From positions 91,994,641 to 92,058,640 of the forward strand of contig JARDVH010000025.1 in NCBI GenBank assembly GCA_030324005.1: 64,000 nucleotides of DNA, given 5' to 3'. The notes beneath the pieces were generated by a model. It was not told the origin of the DNA and did no database searches. It saw nothing but the letters and a program-made list of their open reading frames with translations. Source of the stretch: Negaprion brevirostris. Its lineage: Eukaryota. The translations under genes were made by a program, and so were the position numbers. Below are positions 49,831-62,208 of the stretch, in pieces; position 1 is the stretch's first letter, and every line of letters starts with the position of its first letter.

Positions 49831-50090
49831 TTCCACTATCTGTCTGCAGCTACTTAGCATCATGCTGTAGTTCACATGCTGAGTGTTGCTGTTCACAACA
49901 TGACTGCCAATGTTGCTGAATGAAGTCATTTGTAATTGTGCCAATTGGCAGTATGTACACAGTTTTCTCTTACACGCCTTAGACTTCATCTGCAGCGAGA
50001 TAAATTACTCAGTGCTTTTCCCTCAGAACAAATTAATCAGACTCTGAATAAACCTTTCCAGACAGTTAAGAGTAAAAGCTCCTTAATTAC

Positions 50091-50152
50091 CTTTCTTCTT
50101 TGAGGATTATCTTCCCTTGTCCCAAGAATGGAAATATTTAACTGATTTGGTG
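50091..50152 (-). CDS. Candidate exon of the minus-strand gene (PNQLNISILGTREDNPQRRK)
   Basis: Donor aag|gtaatt, phase 0, fits 42073. The acceptor is either ttctgaatag (start 50152, phase 1, fits the 57049 donor) or aaatcag (start 50141, phase 0). Confidence 0.6.
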
Positions 50153-50516
50153 CTATTCAGAAGTTAAAATCTTAACTAGCACCACAGCTTAATATTAAAC
50201 TGACCTTGTAAAAAAGTCTTCTTTATTATAATATTTCTGCAGACATACACATCTCTTCAAAGAATCTGCTTTTTCACTTGTCAAGGAAACAATAACACAA
50301 AGTTTGGAATCTCCGATTCTCAACTGGGTGAAAGGCTCCTCTGCCCATCAGCAATAAGAGTGCTAAGTGAAGAAATGGATGTAACTTCATAACACAAGAC
50401 TGACTAAACGTCAACACTGGTTAGAATCAAATGTCATTTTAGCTCAGAAAGACAGTTTCATTGCAGGAGAAATGAAAGTGTTACCTCAGTTCTGAGATTA
50501 AGCATTGAGGCACAAA

Positions 50517-51150
50517 GACTGGGATGTTCTACCCTCATTTCATGGCAAGGGGGGGGGGGGAATGGGTGTAGTGGGGGAATGCGGAGAATCAAACAAGAGT
50601 CACAAATAGCTTTTACGAGATTTCCCTGCTTAATTGCTTCTGCCCGCTGCCAATGACGTTTCCCAACTTAAAAAAATCAAATTCCTATTTACATCAATTT
50701 CAATCTCAAGATCAAGCCTTTAGATCTGATTGTTTCCCCCCATCATTGCATTGTCCATTCACTGACATGAAGCATGACAGCAGGTCCCCCACAAGGTGTA
50801 CCTGAACCAACCAGAGGCATATAGATGTGTCCAGCCCCCAAGGGGGAGAAAATCATGCCCAGACAAGGCTCTAGCGTGGCCCTTGAGAATTTTTTTTACA
50901 TGGGCGGGGAGTTCTGTGGGCCGTTTGTTTTTCTATTTTTTTTTCAAAGGTAGTCCTGATCTTTCGGAAAAATAACTTATTTGTGGGGCTCGCTCAACCA
51001 GAATCTGCCCCACCAGGGACCCAATCCTTCGGTGTTTTTTGGTAAAGTATTTGAAAAATCGGTGGAAAAGCCCGGCTTGGCACCAGCTGGTCGCCCGCCG
51101 CTTCTCCCGCCAGAAACAACACTTTGAAGAAATTCGGAAAATTCCGGCCA
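50517..51150. mobile_element. Non-autonomous Harbinger-type element
   Basis: Termini gactgggatgttct and cggaaaattccggcc. CpG-rich right portion. Confidence 0.45.
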
Positions 51151-51879
51151 CAGTTCATGCAGAACGGCAGGAGCTTTGATATGCATCCAGTCTATGTTAT
51201 ACCTGGTATCTGATCCCAAAATAAAAGGCTATTTAATTCTTTGGCACATCTAAGTGCAAGTTCATGGGCCCAAGTTAATATTCTCATATACAAATAAACA
51301 TATCGTAAAGAAGGAATTTTGGAGTAATTGTTCTGAATTAGCTCTCCTGGTATCGAGCTGCATGTGCTGAGTGGAAGGTTTAGGAACATGGGTGCAGAAA
51401 TCAACACATTCCACCCGATTTCTATCGACTAAAACCAATGATGTCTTTTGCAAATCTATTTTGCAAGCTGTGTTTTGCACTTACAATGGCACGCACACAT
51501 GTAATGGTCACTTTATTTGCATATGGCCACATTTTTATTTGAAACTGTGTGTTCAGGGCTACTAAAATTAGTTTGTTCTGTTATTCAAGTGCGGGAGGTC
51601 ATTTTTCACAAACTGCCCACACTGGTTCCAGTGGAGGTTGACAGCAAACACAATAAATTCTGTGCTGCTGTCTTATTTAACTGACTGCAGCATATGGCAC
51701 AGCAGCGTCCATGATGCTGGCTACTTCTACATTCGACAGGGACCTAGTAAACATCATTGTGCTGATAGCTCGTGGTAGAGCCAGCCTTCTGTTCCTAAAG
51801 GCAATCTTAACGGGAAGCACTGAGATATAGGAGGCTGTTGCTGAGTGTTACTGATGCAATTCAAAATCAGGAAAAAGAA

Positions 51880-52065
51880 ATACCAGGGCAGAAAGGGAGC
51901 TCAAGGGTCAGGGATGTGACACTGAAGGCCATAATGGGGGATTGGGACAGCATGGTTTCAAGTGGTTGTCAAGGACCACCTCAGGATGGAATGGGTGCAA
52001 GGGAGCAAGTGACCTAGGACCAGGCAACAATGCTATGAGAAGCCCAATAATCATAAATGGTGAGT
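51880..52065 (+). pseudogene. Decayed Harbinger Myb/SANT exon
   Basis: SSRVRDVTLKAIM..RTRQQCYEKPNN followed by a gtgagt donor, the same layout as 58595-58828. Confidence 0.5.
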
Positions 52066-52562
52066 GAATGCATCTTACACACAACAGCAACCTCTGACAC
52101 TGCTCAATGCACCAGATTCCATCAATCACCCTGCAGCACCTCCTAGCACTCAGGACTCACGCCAAACATCCAGATACTCCACCTGACCCTCACACAATGA
52201 TTCCAGCCTCACTCTCACCTCTTCCTGCTTTTTACACACTTCTAGATGTTCAACTGTGGCAAATACCACTTCCATTTCTCTGAATTCTGCTGTTTTCTAA
52301 CCTGCATAAATATCATTTATATTACTACTCACATTGAATCAATTAGCTGTTTTAGTTTCTGAACATAAATATAAAACCATCTAGTAATCACCATGTCAAT
52401 TCAAACTTCTAAGAATTTGATAAGCAACAACCTTAAGAGACAAGTTTATCTCCAGAGAAAGACAGAAGCAAGCATTAAGAAACTGTGACCAGGTCTCGGT
52501 CTACCTATAAGCAATACCGTGAAAAAAGAATCAACCTTAATATACTTAAAGATATAAGAGAT

Positions 52563-52640
52563 AAAAACAGAAAATACTGAAAACACTCAGCAGGTCAGGC
52601 AGTATCTGTGGAGAGACAGACTGAATTAACATTTCAGATC
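52563..52640 (-). mobile_element. Short Penelope-associated repeat (family 2) with decayed hammerhead motif
   Basis: aaaacagaaaatactg..ctcagcaggtcaggcagtatctgtggagaga..ttaacatttc..ttcatcag. Minus strand reads CTGATGA..GAAA-tg-tt-aat. Confidence 0.6.
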
Positions 52641-52748
52641 AATGTTATTTCATCAGTGCAGGAAATGAAATACATTTCAAGCAAGTGAAAGGCTGGGAGG
52701 GGAACAAAGAACAAAAACTATGGCGGAAAACAGAAGAGGTGAAATGAC

Positions 52749-53008
52749 TATAATAACTCCAGGAGTTGGCTGTAAAGGAACAGTGCTTTATTGCACAAAA
52801 TAAAGCAAAAACCCCAACCGTGTGGTGAACACAAAGAGGTCCCAGCCAGGACTACGGAATAATGGACCCACTCAGGACCTGCTTTATACAAGGCTGGATA
52901 TCTGAGCTCCTGGTTCATTAATTACCAACCTGCAGGGACCTCGTATTGAACAAGTCCTACAGGGAGGTCAACTAATAGTTCCCCATGCAAGTCCTGGGGG
53001 TTATCACA
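52749..53008 (-). mobile_element. Solo LTR-like element with 5-bp TSD
   Basis: ATGAC at 52744-52748 and 53009-53013. Inverted termini tataataactccagga / tcctgggggttatcaca. AATAAA on minus near 52790. Confidence 0.7.
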
Positions 53009-53559
53009 ATGACAAAAGAGTTGATGGTACAAGGACAAATGGACTGGTAATGGAGCACATAAAGAAACCATAGATATGCTGAGGTAAAGTGTGATTGGCA
53101 GATTTGTGAACAGCAGTCATCTGAAAATAAAAGCAAGGAAATAAAGAATAAGATCAAATTCTGCCGAATAAACAGAAACAAAATGAGGATCTGAAAATTT
53201 TGAATACAATGTTTAATTCGAAAGGCTTTAAAATGCCTAAACAAAGGACTGGAAAAATATATCAAATGAGAAATATAAGGCCTAGGAAATACAATAGACC
53301 AAATAGAGGGGGATTTGGATAAATTGAAAGTGGAACTGAAATAATTTTAGTTTGTATGGTTTACTGTGGATTCGTATTAAGTCTGCAAAATGGAAATAAA
53401 ATGATAACGTCAGCTGGACAGTATGTTCTATTAGGGAATAATATAGCAGATTTTGGAAGATTGATCCTGGGTAAGTCACTGAAATCATGACAGTATCAGC
53501 AGCAAGAAAACAAATGTTGACTGGCATTTCCTGGAATGTTTTCTCTTTCTATCTTCACA

Positions 53560-53830
53560 TGATTACCTCTGCTGGGACCTCTTGAACTCTTCTATTCCTT
53601 GCCTAAATACTGTCTCTCAACAACATTACCGAAGAACTGGGGGATCAGTTTTCATATGTATGCGGGTAACATCCCTGGTACCCACCCTCAACTCCACATC
53701 TCCTATGGTGTTATTAAACTTTCTGCCTTTAAGTTATGGATGAGGCAGAATTTTTTCCACCTTCTCGAAACTGAAGCCATCCTTCTAGGCTTCCAAAGGT
53801 TCTGTCGTTCCTGATTCCAATTGCCCCACA
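53560..53830 (+). mobile_element. L2 LINE RT fragment
   Basis: GISFHMYAG..KLWMRQNFFHL.ETEAILLG matches the L2 pattern FHxYADD..WMxxNFLxLN..TEAI. Confidence 0.7.
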
Positions 53831-55309
53831 TGAGGCAAATCACTACTGCTTTTCAAGAACAAGGATCAGCCATGATGACCAAGCCTGAGGCACAGAGGTA
53901 TATATAGCTGCTGGGTGGCGAGGGATATGACTGGGCAGTGCCACCCTGGCAGTGCCATTCAGGCAATGCCAGGTGCACTCTCTGAGGAGCCCCATTGGTG
54001 GGGTTTCCCATTTTGTATGATGGAGAGGAGAGAGCCGTGATGCCTGTGGGGGGAGGGATGGTGGGAGATAGGAGAGCCGCAATGCCTGCACAGGAGGGCT
54101 GGCTGTTGTCTCTTATTCCCAAGTTTCCCAGAGATCCCTCATAGTTTGATTGGCCCTCGATACATCTCTGGACTGAAGTCTCACTCTATTTCCCTGAGTT
54201 GATTTCTTCCACTTCAAGTGCCAAAACTAGCTCATGCCCATTAACAATGATGCTATTATATGGATGAATGATGTAAGGTTATTATCACATAATTTCTTAT
54301 GCTAAGTTTTGAAAAGCAGGACAATTGAACACAAAATAATCATATTTAATAAGAAGGCATCCATTGCAATTGTTTAAAATGCAGATGTATCAGGAGCTAC
54401 AAAGAGATCATAAGGAAAAACAAAGGATGAGTCAGATCAGAAAAAATGCAAAATGGATATTATTGAGATGACAGAAGATCCTGAGAGGCTCAATCATTGT
54501 TTCAGATTTGAAAAAGTTGGAATCTTTTGCTATACTTGTAAACTTACACTGATCTGACCCTTTGTTTTATAACCTGGTCTAATATCATACGGCTGTTCTG
54601 ATATTGCTAATTCTCCCCAATAAAGAGCAGACATTTTGTTCCCCCCCCCACATTCTTCTGTTTTGTCTTACTTGTTACTTTATACATATAAACATACACT
54701 GATATGAATTAAAGTACCATGGAAATGTTAAAAATCTTAACATATCTTGATCTCTGGTGAAAACATTGATAAAAAATGCTGTTAATTTATTATTTCCCAC
54801 TCCTGCCGCCAAATTTCACACCTATTCCAGCTGGTGCTGTGTGTGCAAGACAACTTCATACTTTTGATAAATGCTGCTTTGAAGCCAACAACCAACAGGA
54901 GTTTTCTTCCCAATCTCTTGCTATCTTCCCCCACCCTCAATTTTCATTTCTTTCTGTCTGTCTATCCTTCTGGTCCAGAAGTTTATCTTTTTTTGTCTGT
55001 TTTTAATTGTGTTCCTCTTTTCAGCACCTCAGCCAATGGTCAAAAAGACTGAGATGCATTACAATGTCTGAAGAAGTACCTTATTTGGGAGGATCTATTT
55101 GAAAATAGATTTCAAGATACTTAGGGTCGTGCTATGGACAATCAGGGAGAGCCCATCGAGGCGAAACGTTACTACTATCGTGGAACAGTTATTAAGAAAG
55201 AAGACAGGAAATGTGGATATCTGTAAAGCACATTATTATATCGCCACACACAACAAATGATCTTGAAATGCAGTCGCTATTATGCAAGCAGGTCCCACAG
55301 GCATTTTCA

Positions 55310-55628
55310 CAGAATCCTACAGTGCAGAAGGAGGCCATTTGGTCCATCGAGTCTGCATCGACCGCAATCCAATCCAGGCATCATCCCCATAGCTCTATAT
55401 ATTTAACCTAGTTAGTCCTCCTGACACTAAGCTGCAATTTATCATGGCCATTTTTCATAACCCGCACTTCTTTGGACTGTGGGAGGAAACTAGAGCACAC
55501 AGACGAAACCCATGCAGGCATGGGGACAATACACAAACTCCACTCAGACAGTGACCCGAGGCTGGCACTGAACCCGGGTACTGGTGCTGTTAGGCAGCAG
55601 TGCTAACCACTGTGCCAGTGTGTCGCCC
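55310..55628 (-). mobile_element. HE1/V-SINE
   Basis: Minus strand: gggcgacacactggcacagtggttagcactgctgcc, V-domain, and tail (agaatcctacag on plus). Confidence 0.85.
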
Positions 55629-57048
55629 AATGCAAACTCCACACAGACAGTAATCCGAGGCCGGAACTGAAGCCGGGTCAATGCACCTGGCATTGCCCAC
55701 ATGGCACTGCTAGGGCGGCACTGCCTAGTCTGTTCCTTGCCACCTGGGGGCTATACGTATCTCAGGATCGGTCATCACAGCTGATTCTCGTGTACATAGA
55801 AATCAAATTTATCAACCTGTAAATAACTAAAACTGATGGATAATCAATGCATTTTACTGTCTGGCTTACTGTCCGTGAGAATACTTCATTAAGATGGCCT
55901 ATTTACGCTGGTTGATGACATCACTTTTTTTTTATTAGTGTCACAAGTAGGCTTATATTAACACTGCAATGAAGTTACTGTGAAAATCCCCTAGTCACCA
56001 CACNNNNNNNNNNNNNNNNNNNNNNNNNNNNNNNNNNNNNNNNNNNNNNNNNNNNNNNNNNNNNNNNNNNNNNNNNNNNNNNNNNNNNNNNNNNNNNNNN
56101 NNNNNNNNNNNNNNNNNNNNNNNNNNNNNNNNNNNNNNNNNNNNNNNNNNNNNNNNNNNNNNNNNNNNNNNNNNNNNNNNNNNNNNNNNNNNNNNNNNNN
56201 NNNNNNNNNNNNNNNNNNNNNNNNNNNNNNNNNNNNNNNNNNNNNNNNNNNNNNNNNNNNNNNNNNNNNNNNNNNNNNNNNNNNNNNNNNNNNNNNNNNN
56301 NNNNNNNNNNNNNNNNNNNNNNNNNNNNNNNNNNNNNNNNNNNNNNNNNNNNNNNNNNNNNNNNNNNNNNNNNNNNNNNNNNNNNNNNNNNNNNNNNNNN
56401 NNNNNNNNNNNNNNNNNNNNNNNNNNNNNNNNNNNNNNNNNNNNNNNNNNNNNNNNNNNNNNNNNNNNNNNNNNNNNNNNNNNNNNNNNNNNNNNNNNNN
56501 NNNNNNNNNNNNNNNNNNNNNNNNNNNNNNNNNNNNNNNNNNNNNNNNNNNNNNNNNNNNNNNNNNNNNNNNNNNNNNNNNNNNNNNNNNNNNNNNNNNN
56601 NNNNNNNNNNNNNNNNNNNNNNNNNNNNNNNNNNNNNNNNNNNNNNNAATGACCACTGCCGCCCCAAAGACATGAGATTTTATTCTTGAGTAGATCAATT
56701 CCCTCCTCGGAGGCACTACACACTTGATTATTCTGCTCAAGTCTCATCTAATCATTTATTAAGGTGGAACGGAAGGTAATGTTTAAACTGTGATACATTT
56801 CCTTGCTGTCGTTGATTGATGATATAACTTTTTAAGCATTGATTGTGAAATATTGGCTATCTGCAGCATCAATTATGTTTAGTGGGAAGCAACGGCAATT
56901 ATAAAATGTCAAGGCATATCCATCATTCAGTAGTTTCTGTGTTTGATTCTTTTTATACCTATAGATTAACTTAATAAAATTCAAGAAACCAGGCAGATTC
57001 CAAATAAAAGGAATAAAATGATAACTTACCAAAAGCTAAGAACCTTAC

Positions 57049-57204
57049 GATGAAACATGACAGAATGTGTATGTTTTAGCACTGAACCGGACTTGACAAT
57101 TGGACTTGGCAAACTTGAAATTCTTATTTTACCAATTTCTCTGTTCAATTCAAATAACTTGCCCGGTGATTCAAGGTTTTTTGCTCTTTTTATATTTTGG
57201 GTAG
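57049..57204 (-). CDS. Candidate exon of the minus-strand gene (TQNIKRAKNLESPGKLFELNREIGKIRISSLPSPIVKSGSVLKHTHSVMFH)
   Basis: Acceptor tttactcttttaag. 156 nt open, phase 1-1, to donor c|gtaagg. An alternative donor tg|gtaagt ends the exon at 57030. Confidence 0.65.
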
Positions 57205-57420
57205 CTTAAAAGAGTAAAGTTTAAAGTTAAATCTATTTCTTAGTCACATGTAAGGCTTACATTAACACTGCAACAAAGTTACTGTGAAATTCCCCTAGTC
57301 GCCACAGTCCGGCGCCCGTTNNNNNNNNNNNNNNNNNNNNNNNNNNNNNNNNNNNNNNNNNNNNNNNNNNNNNNNNNNNNNNNNNNNNNNNNNNNNNNNN
57401 NNNNNNNNNNNNNNNNNNNN

Positions 57421-57875
57421 AGATTTACCAGGATGCTGCCTGGTTTGGAGGGTAGGTCTTATGAGGAAAGGTTGAGGGAGCTGGGGCTTTTCTCTTTCGA
57501 GCGGAGGAGGATGAGAGGCAACTTAATAGAGGTTTATAAGATGATAAGGGGATAGATAAAGTGGACGTGCGAGTCTACTTCTTCGGGTCAATGTAGCTGT
57601 TACTAGGGGGCATAACTTTAAGGTTCATGGTGGAAGATACAGGAGGAATGTCCGAGGTAGATTCTTTACTCAGAGAGTGGTTGGGGAATGCACTGCGTGC
57701 TATGTTAGTGGAGTTGGACACTTTAGGAACTTTCAAGCAGTTATTGGATAGGCACATGGAACACACCAGAATGATAGCGAGTGGGATAGCTTGATCTTGA
57801 GTTTGAACATAGCTCGGCACAACATCGAGGGCCAAAGGGCCTGCACTGTGCTGTACTGTTCTATATTTTATGTTC
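57421..57875 (+). mobile_element. CR1 ORF2 C-terminus and 3' tail
   Basis: RFTRMLPGLEGRSYEERLRELGLFSFERRRMRGNLIEVYKMIRG. Confidence 0.92.
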
Positions 57876-57879
57876 TGAA

Positions 57880-59690
57880 AGCTCGGAGGGGTGGGGTCTA
57901 TTCGCGCCAAAGAGCCTGAAATCGGCAGGATGAGCAAGAATCCGCGTATGCGCATATCGCTGGCAGATCACGGAAAAGACCTTCCCAGCTTCCAGATCAC
58001 TGCCATCCAAACCCCACACACATCACTGGCCTCATCGCTGGCCCCCACAGCAACCCCCCCCCCCCCTCCCCACTCATAGATATCGCTGGCCTCATCGCTG
58101 GTCCCTACAACCCTCCCCACGGACATCAGTAGCCTCATTGCTGGCCTGCACAACCCCGCACCGACATCACTGGCCCCCCCCTCCCCTGTACAAACATCGC
58201 TGCCCCCTCCTCCCCCATCCAGACAGTGCTGCCCCCCTCCCGTCTCCTCCCACATACAGACATGGCTGCCTGCTCCCATGGATTTGGATAATGCGGGAAT
58301 GCAATCTCTCCATCCCTTGAATATACTGTCCTCACTGCTGCCCTGCAGAGGACTAGCATTGTGCTGACATGCACAATTCCAGCTTGTCATCACTCCGTCT
58401 CTTTAATGGGAGCCTTAACTATTGCATCCCCCTGAACACAGTGGCCTATTGAATGGCAGCTTGAGGGATGAATGAATGCAGCCTTCAAAATCTTTCACAA
58501 GAGNNNNNNNNNNTGTTGCCAATGGGCCCTTGATTGGCTGCATTCACTGTATATAAGTTGGAGCAATGTACACACAGCCAATCACACCACAAAGATGTCT
58601 GCTTGTAAACTGGCTCCCAGATTTTCAGAGGCAGACCAGGAGCACCTAGCAGTTGCTGTAGAGGAGAAGCGTGATCACTTATTCCCCGGCCAGGGCCCCA
58701 ACCCAAGAGGTGCATCTGCCCCAGAATTGTGGGAGGAGGTGGCAGAAGTGGTGAATGCCAGGAGCCTGACACCACGCTCCGGCCAGCAGAGTCAGAAAAA
58801 TATGTACAACCTTCTGCGAGCAGCAAGGGTGAGTGAGCATTCCTCTTGGAATCACGCTCACGCTTGGCATGGATTTCAAACACTGCTTTGACACCTGAAG
58901 AGCATGAACCAAGTTACCCTTCCCCTAGGGACAGAATCTAACCCCTTCGCCTCACCCCTTATGAGCACTCTTCAGTGGTGACTGCTTCCCCCAAAACTGC
59001 CAGCACATCGCCCAAGACACAGACATGCATTGCGCACCATGCACTGCAATATGTTAATGCTTGCTATCCACCTTACGCTCCCACAGGAAAAGAAAATCCA
59101 CAACGAGACAACACAGACTGGTGGTGGTGTGCCTGACCTGCGGCAGCTGAGTAGCATGGAGGAATATGCCATGGAGCTGGCAAGGGGTGATGGGCCATCC
59201 TGAATGGTCACCGACAACCAGGTCGACATCCAGCATGCAAGTGAGCAGAAGCTCACCCTCAACCTTGGTCATCGCACTTGGTAAGTGCGATGTTGCATGG
59301 AATGTTTTGCCTCCCTTCCTCTAATGTGTGTTATTTTTTTCTATCTCTGAACCCAGAGGAACCTGGCCCTTCAGGTGTTGCCACCATCCCTGCTGCTCTG
59401 GAGCAAACTGCCCACGACTCCCGGATGATACCTCGGAGGGAGGCAATGAGGAATCCTCCAAGGACAGCACCACTGAAGCATCACCGGCATGTACCACACA
59501 GCCCGCTAACGCAGAGACTATCACCATGGTGGGTACCTTGATTAAGGACGCTTCTGGGTCATGAATTGGTGAGTACATCGCAGCCGCTGATGCACATCCG
59601 AGGGCTCGGACATGCTGAAGTCTGCCAGAGGCCAGGATTCAGCTGTCCCCAAGCCAGCTGCTGGGTATGTTCCTCCCAAGGCGGAATGAC
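57880..59690 (+). mobile_element. Harbinger transposon fragment carrying the Myb/SANT gene
   Basis: GC-rich subterminal region with imperfect tandem units (57955-58250), followed by a spliced Myb/SANT ORF. Confidence 0.75.
58595..59240 (+). pseudogene. Harbinger Myb/SANT-like DNA-binding protein gene (NAIF1/MSANTD-like), exons 58595-58828 and 59087-59240
   Basis: MSACKLAPRFSEADQEHLAVAVEEKRDHLF..LWEEVAEVVNARSLTPRSGQQSQKNMYNLLRAAR|EKKIHN..QTGGGVPDLRQLSSMEE. GT-AG intron in phase; premature TGA at 59201. Confidence 0.85.
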
Positions 59691-59814
59691 CAACAGCTTG
59701 GTCAGAGAATCTTATTGAGAATCATAAGGGAGAGGACGATGAAGAGGCATATTCATTTTGGGAGGGAACTTTAAATGTAGACGCCTGAAAGAATAACTGT
59801 CACTGATGAGACAA

Positions 59815-60240
59815 AGGCTGGGATTTTACCAACACATTCACCTGTTTTTGAGCACAACGCAATCATAAACTGGGGCGTAAAGCTACTAGCACGATTGGAG
59901 CTAGTTTTTGCGGCCATTTTACAAGCATCGGATTTCCGACACAGTCAGTGTCTTGCCGGAAATGGTGACAGGCAGGTTAATATATTCAAATTTATTTAAA
60001 TAAGCATTTACATGTCATTAGCAGCATGAGAGACCTGCACATGCGCACAATGTCCCTCTGCAGACTTTCGGGCACGTTAAGCTCCACCCACAGGCTTCTG
60101 CGGTGATTAACAGGCTCGGTTATAATTTTGCAGCTAGACTGTGTATAGGAGGGCCAAAACATGCCCAGAAGACAGATCTGAAAGTCTCCCGGTTTCAAGT
60201 TCGCCCAGCACTGAGACAAAAAAATGGTAAAATACTGCCC
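59815..60240. mobile_element. Harbinger-type MITE
   Basis: TIRs ggctgggattttacca and tggtaaaatactgcc. Confidence 0.7.
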
Positions 60241-60269
60241 ATAGAGAGAAGATAAGTACAAATAATCAG

Positions 60270-60890
60270 GGTTGGAACATTGCAGAGTTTGTGGATGATT
60301 GTAAGGTTGAAAGTGTTTTGAGAGAATGGGAGGGATAAGGATATCATTACGTTTAAATCAGAGTTTTAATTTAGAAGAATATAGGCAGGCAAATAAAAGA
60401 TTGGTGAGTGATTGGGGTGGGGTATTTTGTATTGAGGTTTTTATGTGAGGTGAAGTTTGTGGCGGGTGGGCAATGGGAGGTTGTGCAGGAGAACTTCAAA
60501 ATAGTTAATAACAAAAGCCAGATGAAGTTTTTGACAACAGATGAACTGACTCAAGAGAAGATGAGGGTGAAACTGTAGAGGTGGACATAGGCATTCTTTG
60601 TGACAGTGAGGATATAAGGTTGGAAGCTCACCTCCGGGTCAAGGTTGTGAGGTTCGCTCCAACCTGAGGCAGCAGCCACAAATCGGGATGGATTCAGCGG
60701 CAACAATACTGAGTCTGTGGTCAAAACTGAAGATGACGGCTTTTATCTTCCCAAAGTTGAACTAGAGAAAATCACGACAAATCTGGAAGTCATACAAGCC
60801 AGTTGAACAGCACCAAAGTGGCAGAGCGATTAAGAGAGGTGCTGAAGATACAGAGCACGGTATTATTAATGTGCATGTGAAGGCTGGCAC
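60270..60890 (-). mobile_element. Decayed L2 LINE ORF2 fragment
   Basis: Minus ~60735-60780 reads CRDFL*FNFGKIKAV, resembling the L2 pattern xxNFLQLNxxKTEAI. Confidence 0.55.
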
Positions 60891-61097
60891 CAGTCAGAAA
60901 ATCTGAGTTTATCTAAACATGGATGCAGTGAATGATCCCAATATTCAAAAAATGAATGTAGGTAGCTAACTCTGCAGAAAACTTGAGTGCAATAGTAGGA
61001 GGCAGAATTTAATGCCCTCCTCCAAGATAATTTTTCTGATTCATGGCAGCTCTCAGGGAGCAGGATTTATGCCCACTGAGTGTGATAGAATCCTTTC

Positions 61098-61540
61098 TAC
61101 TTGCCTGGACAAGCACAGCTCCAACAATACAAAAGAAGATCAAAGCAGCCTAAGCACCAACTTAAACATTCACTCCCTCCACCACTAACACTAGCAACAG
61201 CATGTACCATATCCCAGGTACTTTCCGGCAACTCACCAAGCCTCCTTCCGAATATGCGACCTCTACCACCATCTAGAAGACGAGGGCAGCAGACACATGG
61301 GAATACCATCTCCTGCAAGTTCCCTTCTAAGCTGCACACCATCCTGACTTGGAACTATATCAACATTGCTTCACTGTTGCTGGATCAAAATCCTGGAACT
61401 CCCTTCCAAACAGCACCATAGGTGTATCTACNNNNNNNNNNCTGCAGATGGGTTGCAGTGGTTCTAGAAAGTGACTCATCTCAAGGTAAATTAGAAATGC
61501 TGGCCTCACCAGCAATGCTCACATCCCACAAAAGAATAAA
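61098..61540 (+). mobile_element. CR1-clade LINE 3' region
   Basis: cacatgggaataccatctcctgcaagttcccttctaagctgcacaccatcctgacttggaactatat, and tail aaatgctggcctcaccagcaatgctcacatccca. Confidence 0.8.
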
Positions 61541-61629
61541 TAAATATGGAAGAATGTGCAGCATTAATTAACAGGAATGACTCTTATTTCTCCTATGCAG
61601 CAAAAGGTTTCTCCTGAACACAACGTGTT

Positions 61630-61950
61630 CATAGAATCCTAGAATCCCTATAGTACAGAAGAAGGCTATTTCGTCCATCATGTCTGCAGCAACCACAATA
61701 CCAACCAGGCCCTAATCCTGTAACCCCACATATTTACCCTGCTAATTCCCGACACTAGGGTCAATTTAGAATGGCCAATCAACCAAACCCGCACATTTCT
61801 GGACCATGGGAGGAAACTGGAGGACACAGAAGAAACCCACGCAGACACAGGGAGAATATGCAAACACCACACAGTAACCAAGGCTGGAATTGAACCCAGA
61901 TCCCTGCCACTATGAGGCAGCAGTGCTAACCACTGTGCCATCGTCCTGCC
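61630..61950 (-). mobile_element. HE1/V-SINE
   Basis: Minus strand: gggcaggacgatggcacagtggttagcactgctgcctca, V-domain, and tail (tagaatcc repeats on plus). Confidence 0.88.
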
Positions 61951-62208
61951 CATGTTACTGCTGCAATTCCTCCTACACAGTAGGTACATGGGAAATGCTG
62001 CTTCATGCCTGACACTGATCTGATTGTGGATTTGATGGTTCCAAAGTTTGATTTTGGGAAGACATGAATGCTCCATATTGAAACAAAGCACAGGTGTCAG
62101 CGAGGTAACTAATGTGAATGAAGGGATTAAGAACATTTCAGCAGAGGCCTGTAATTAGGAACTGAAGTTGGTTGACCACCTTTTCAAGTCACCCATCACA
62201 TCACTTAC

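Noticed and set aside
50195-50236. Possible micro-exon (cag|aaatattat..acaag|gtcagt)
   Set aside because: Joining it to the 50152 acceptor would need an implausibly short intron of about 50 nt.
54548-54660. Possible minus-strand exon MSALYWGELAISEQPYDIRPGYKTKGQIS with a gtaagt donor
   Set aside because: The donor is good, but there is no convincing acceptor and an in-frame stop lies just upstream. Left unresolved.
55975-56747. ORFs of 232-250 aa in the ORF track
   Set aside because: They are read through an N gap and are artefacts.
59800-59812. CTGATGA heptamer (also at ~40087)
   Set aside because: No stem II or GAAA in the required position, so a chance match rather than a hammerhead.
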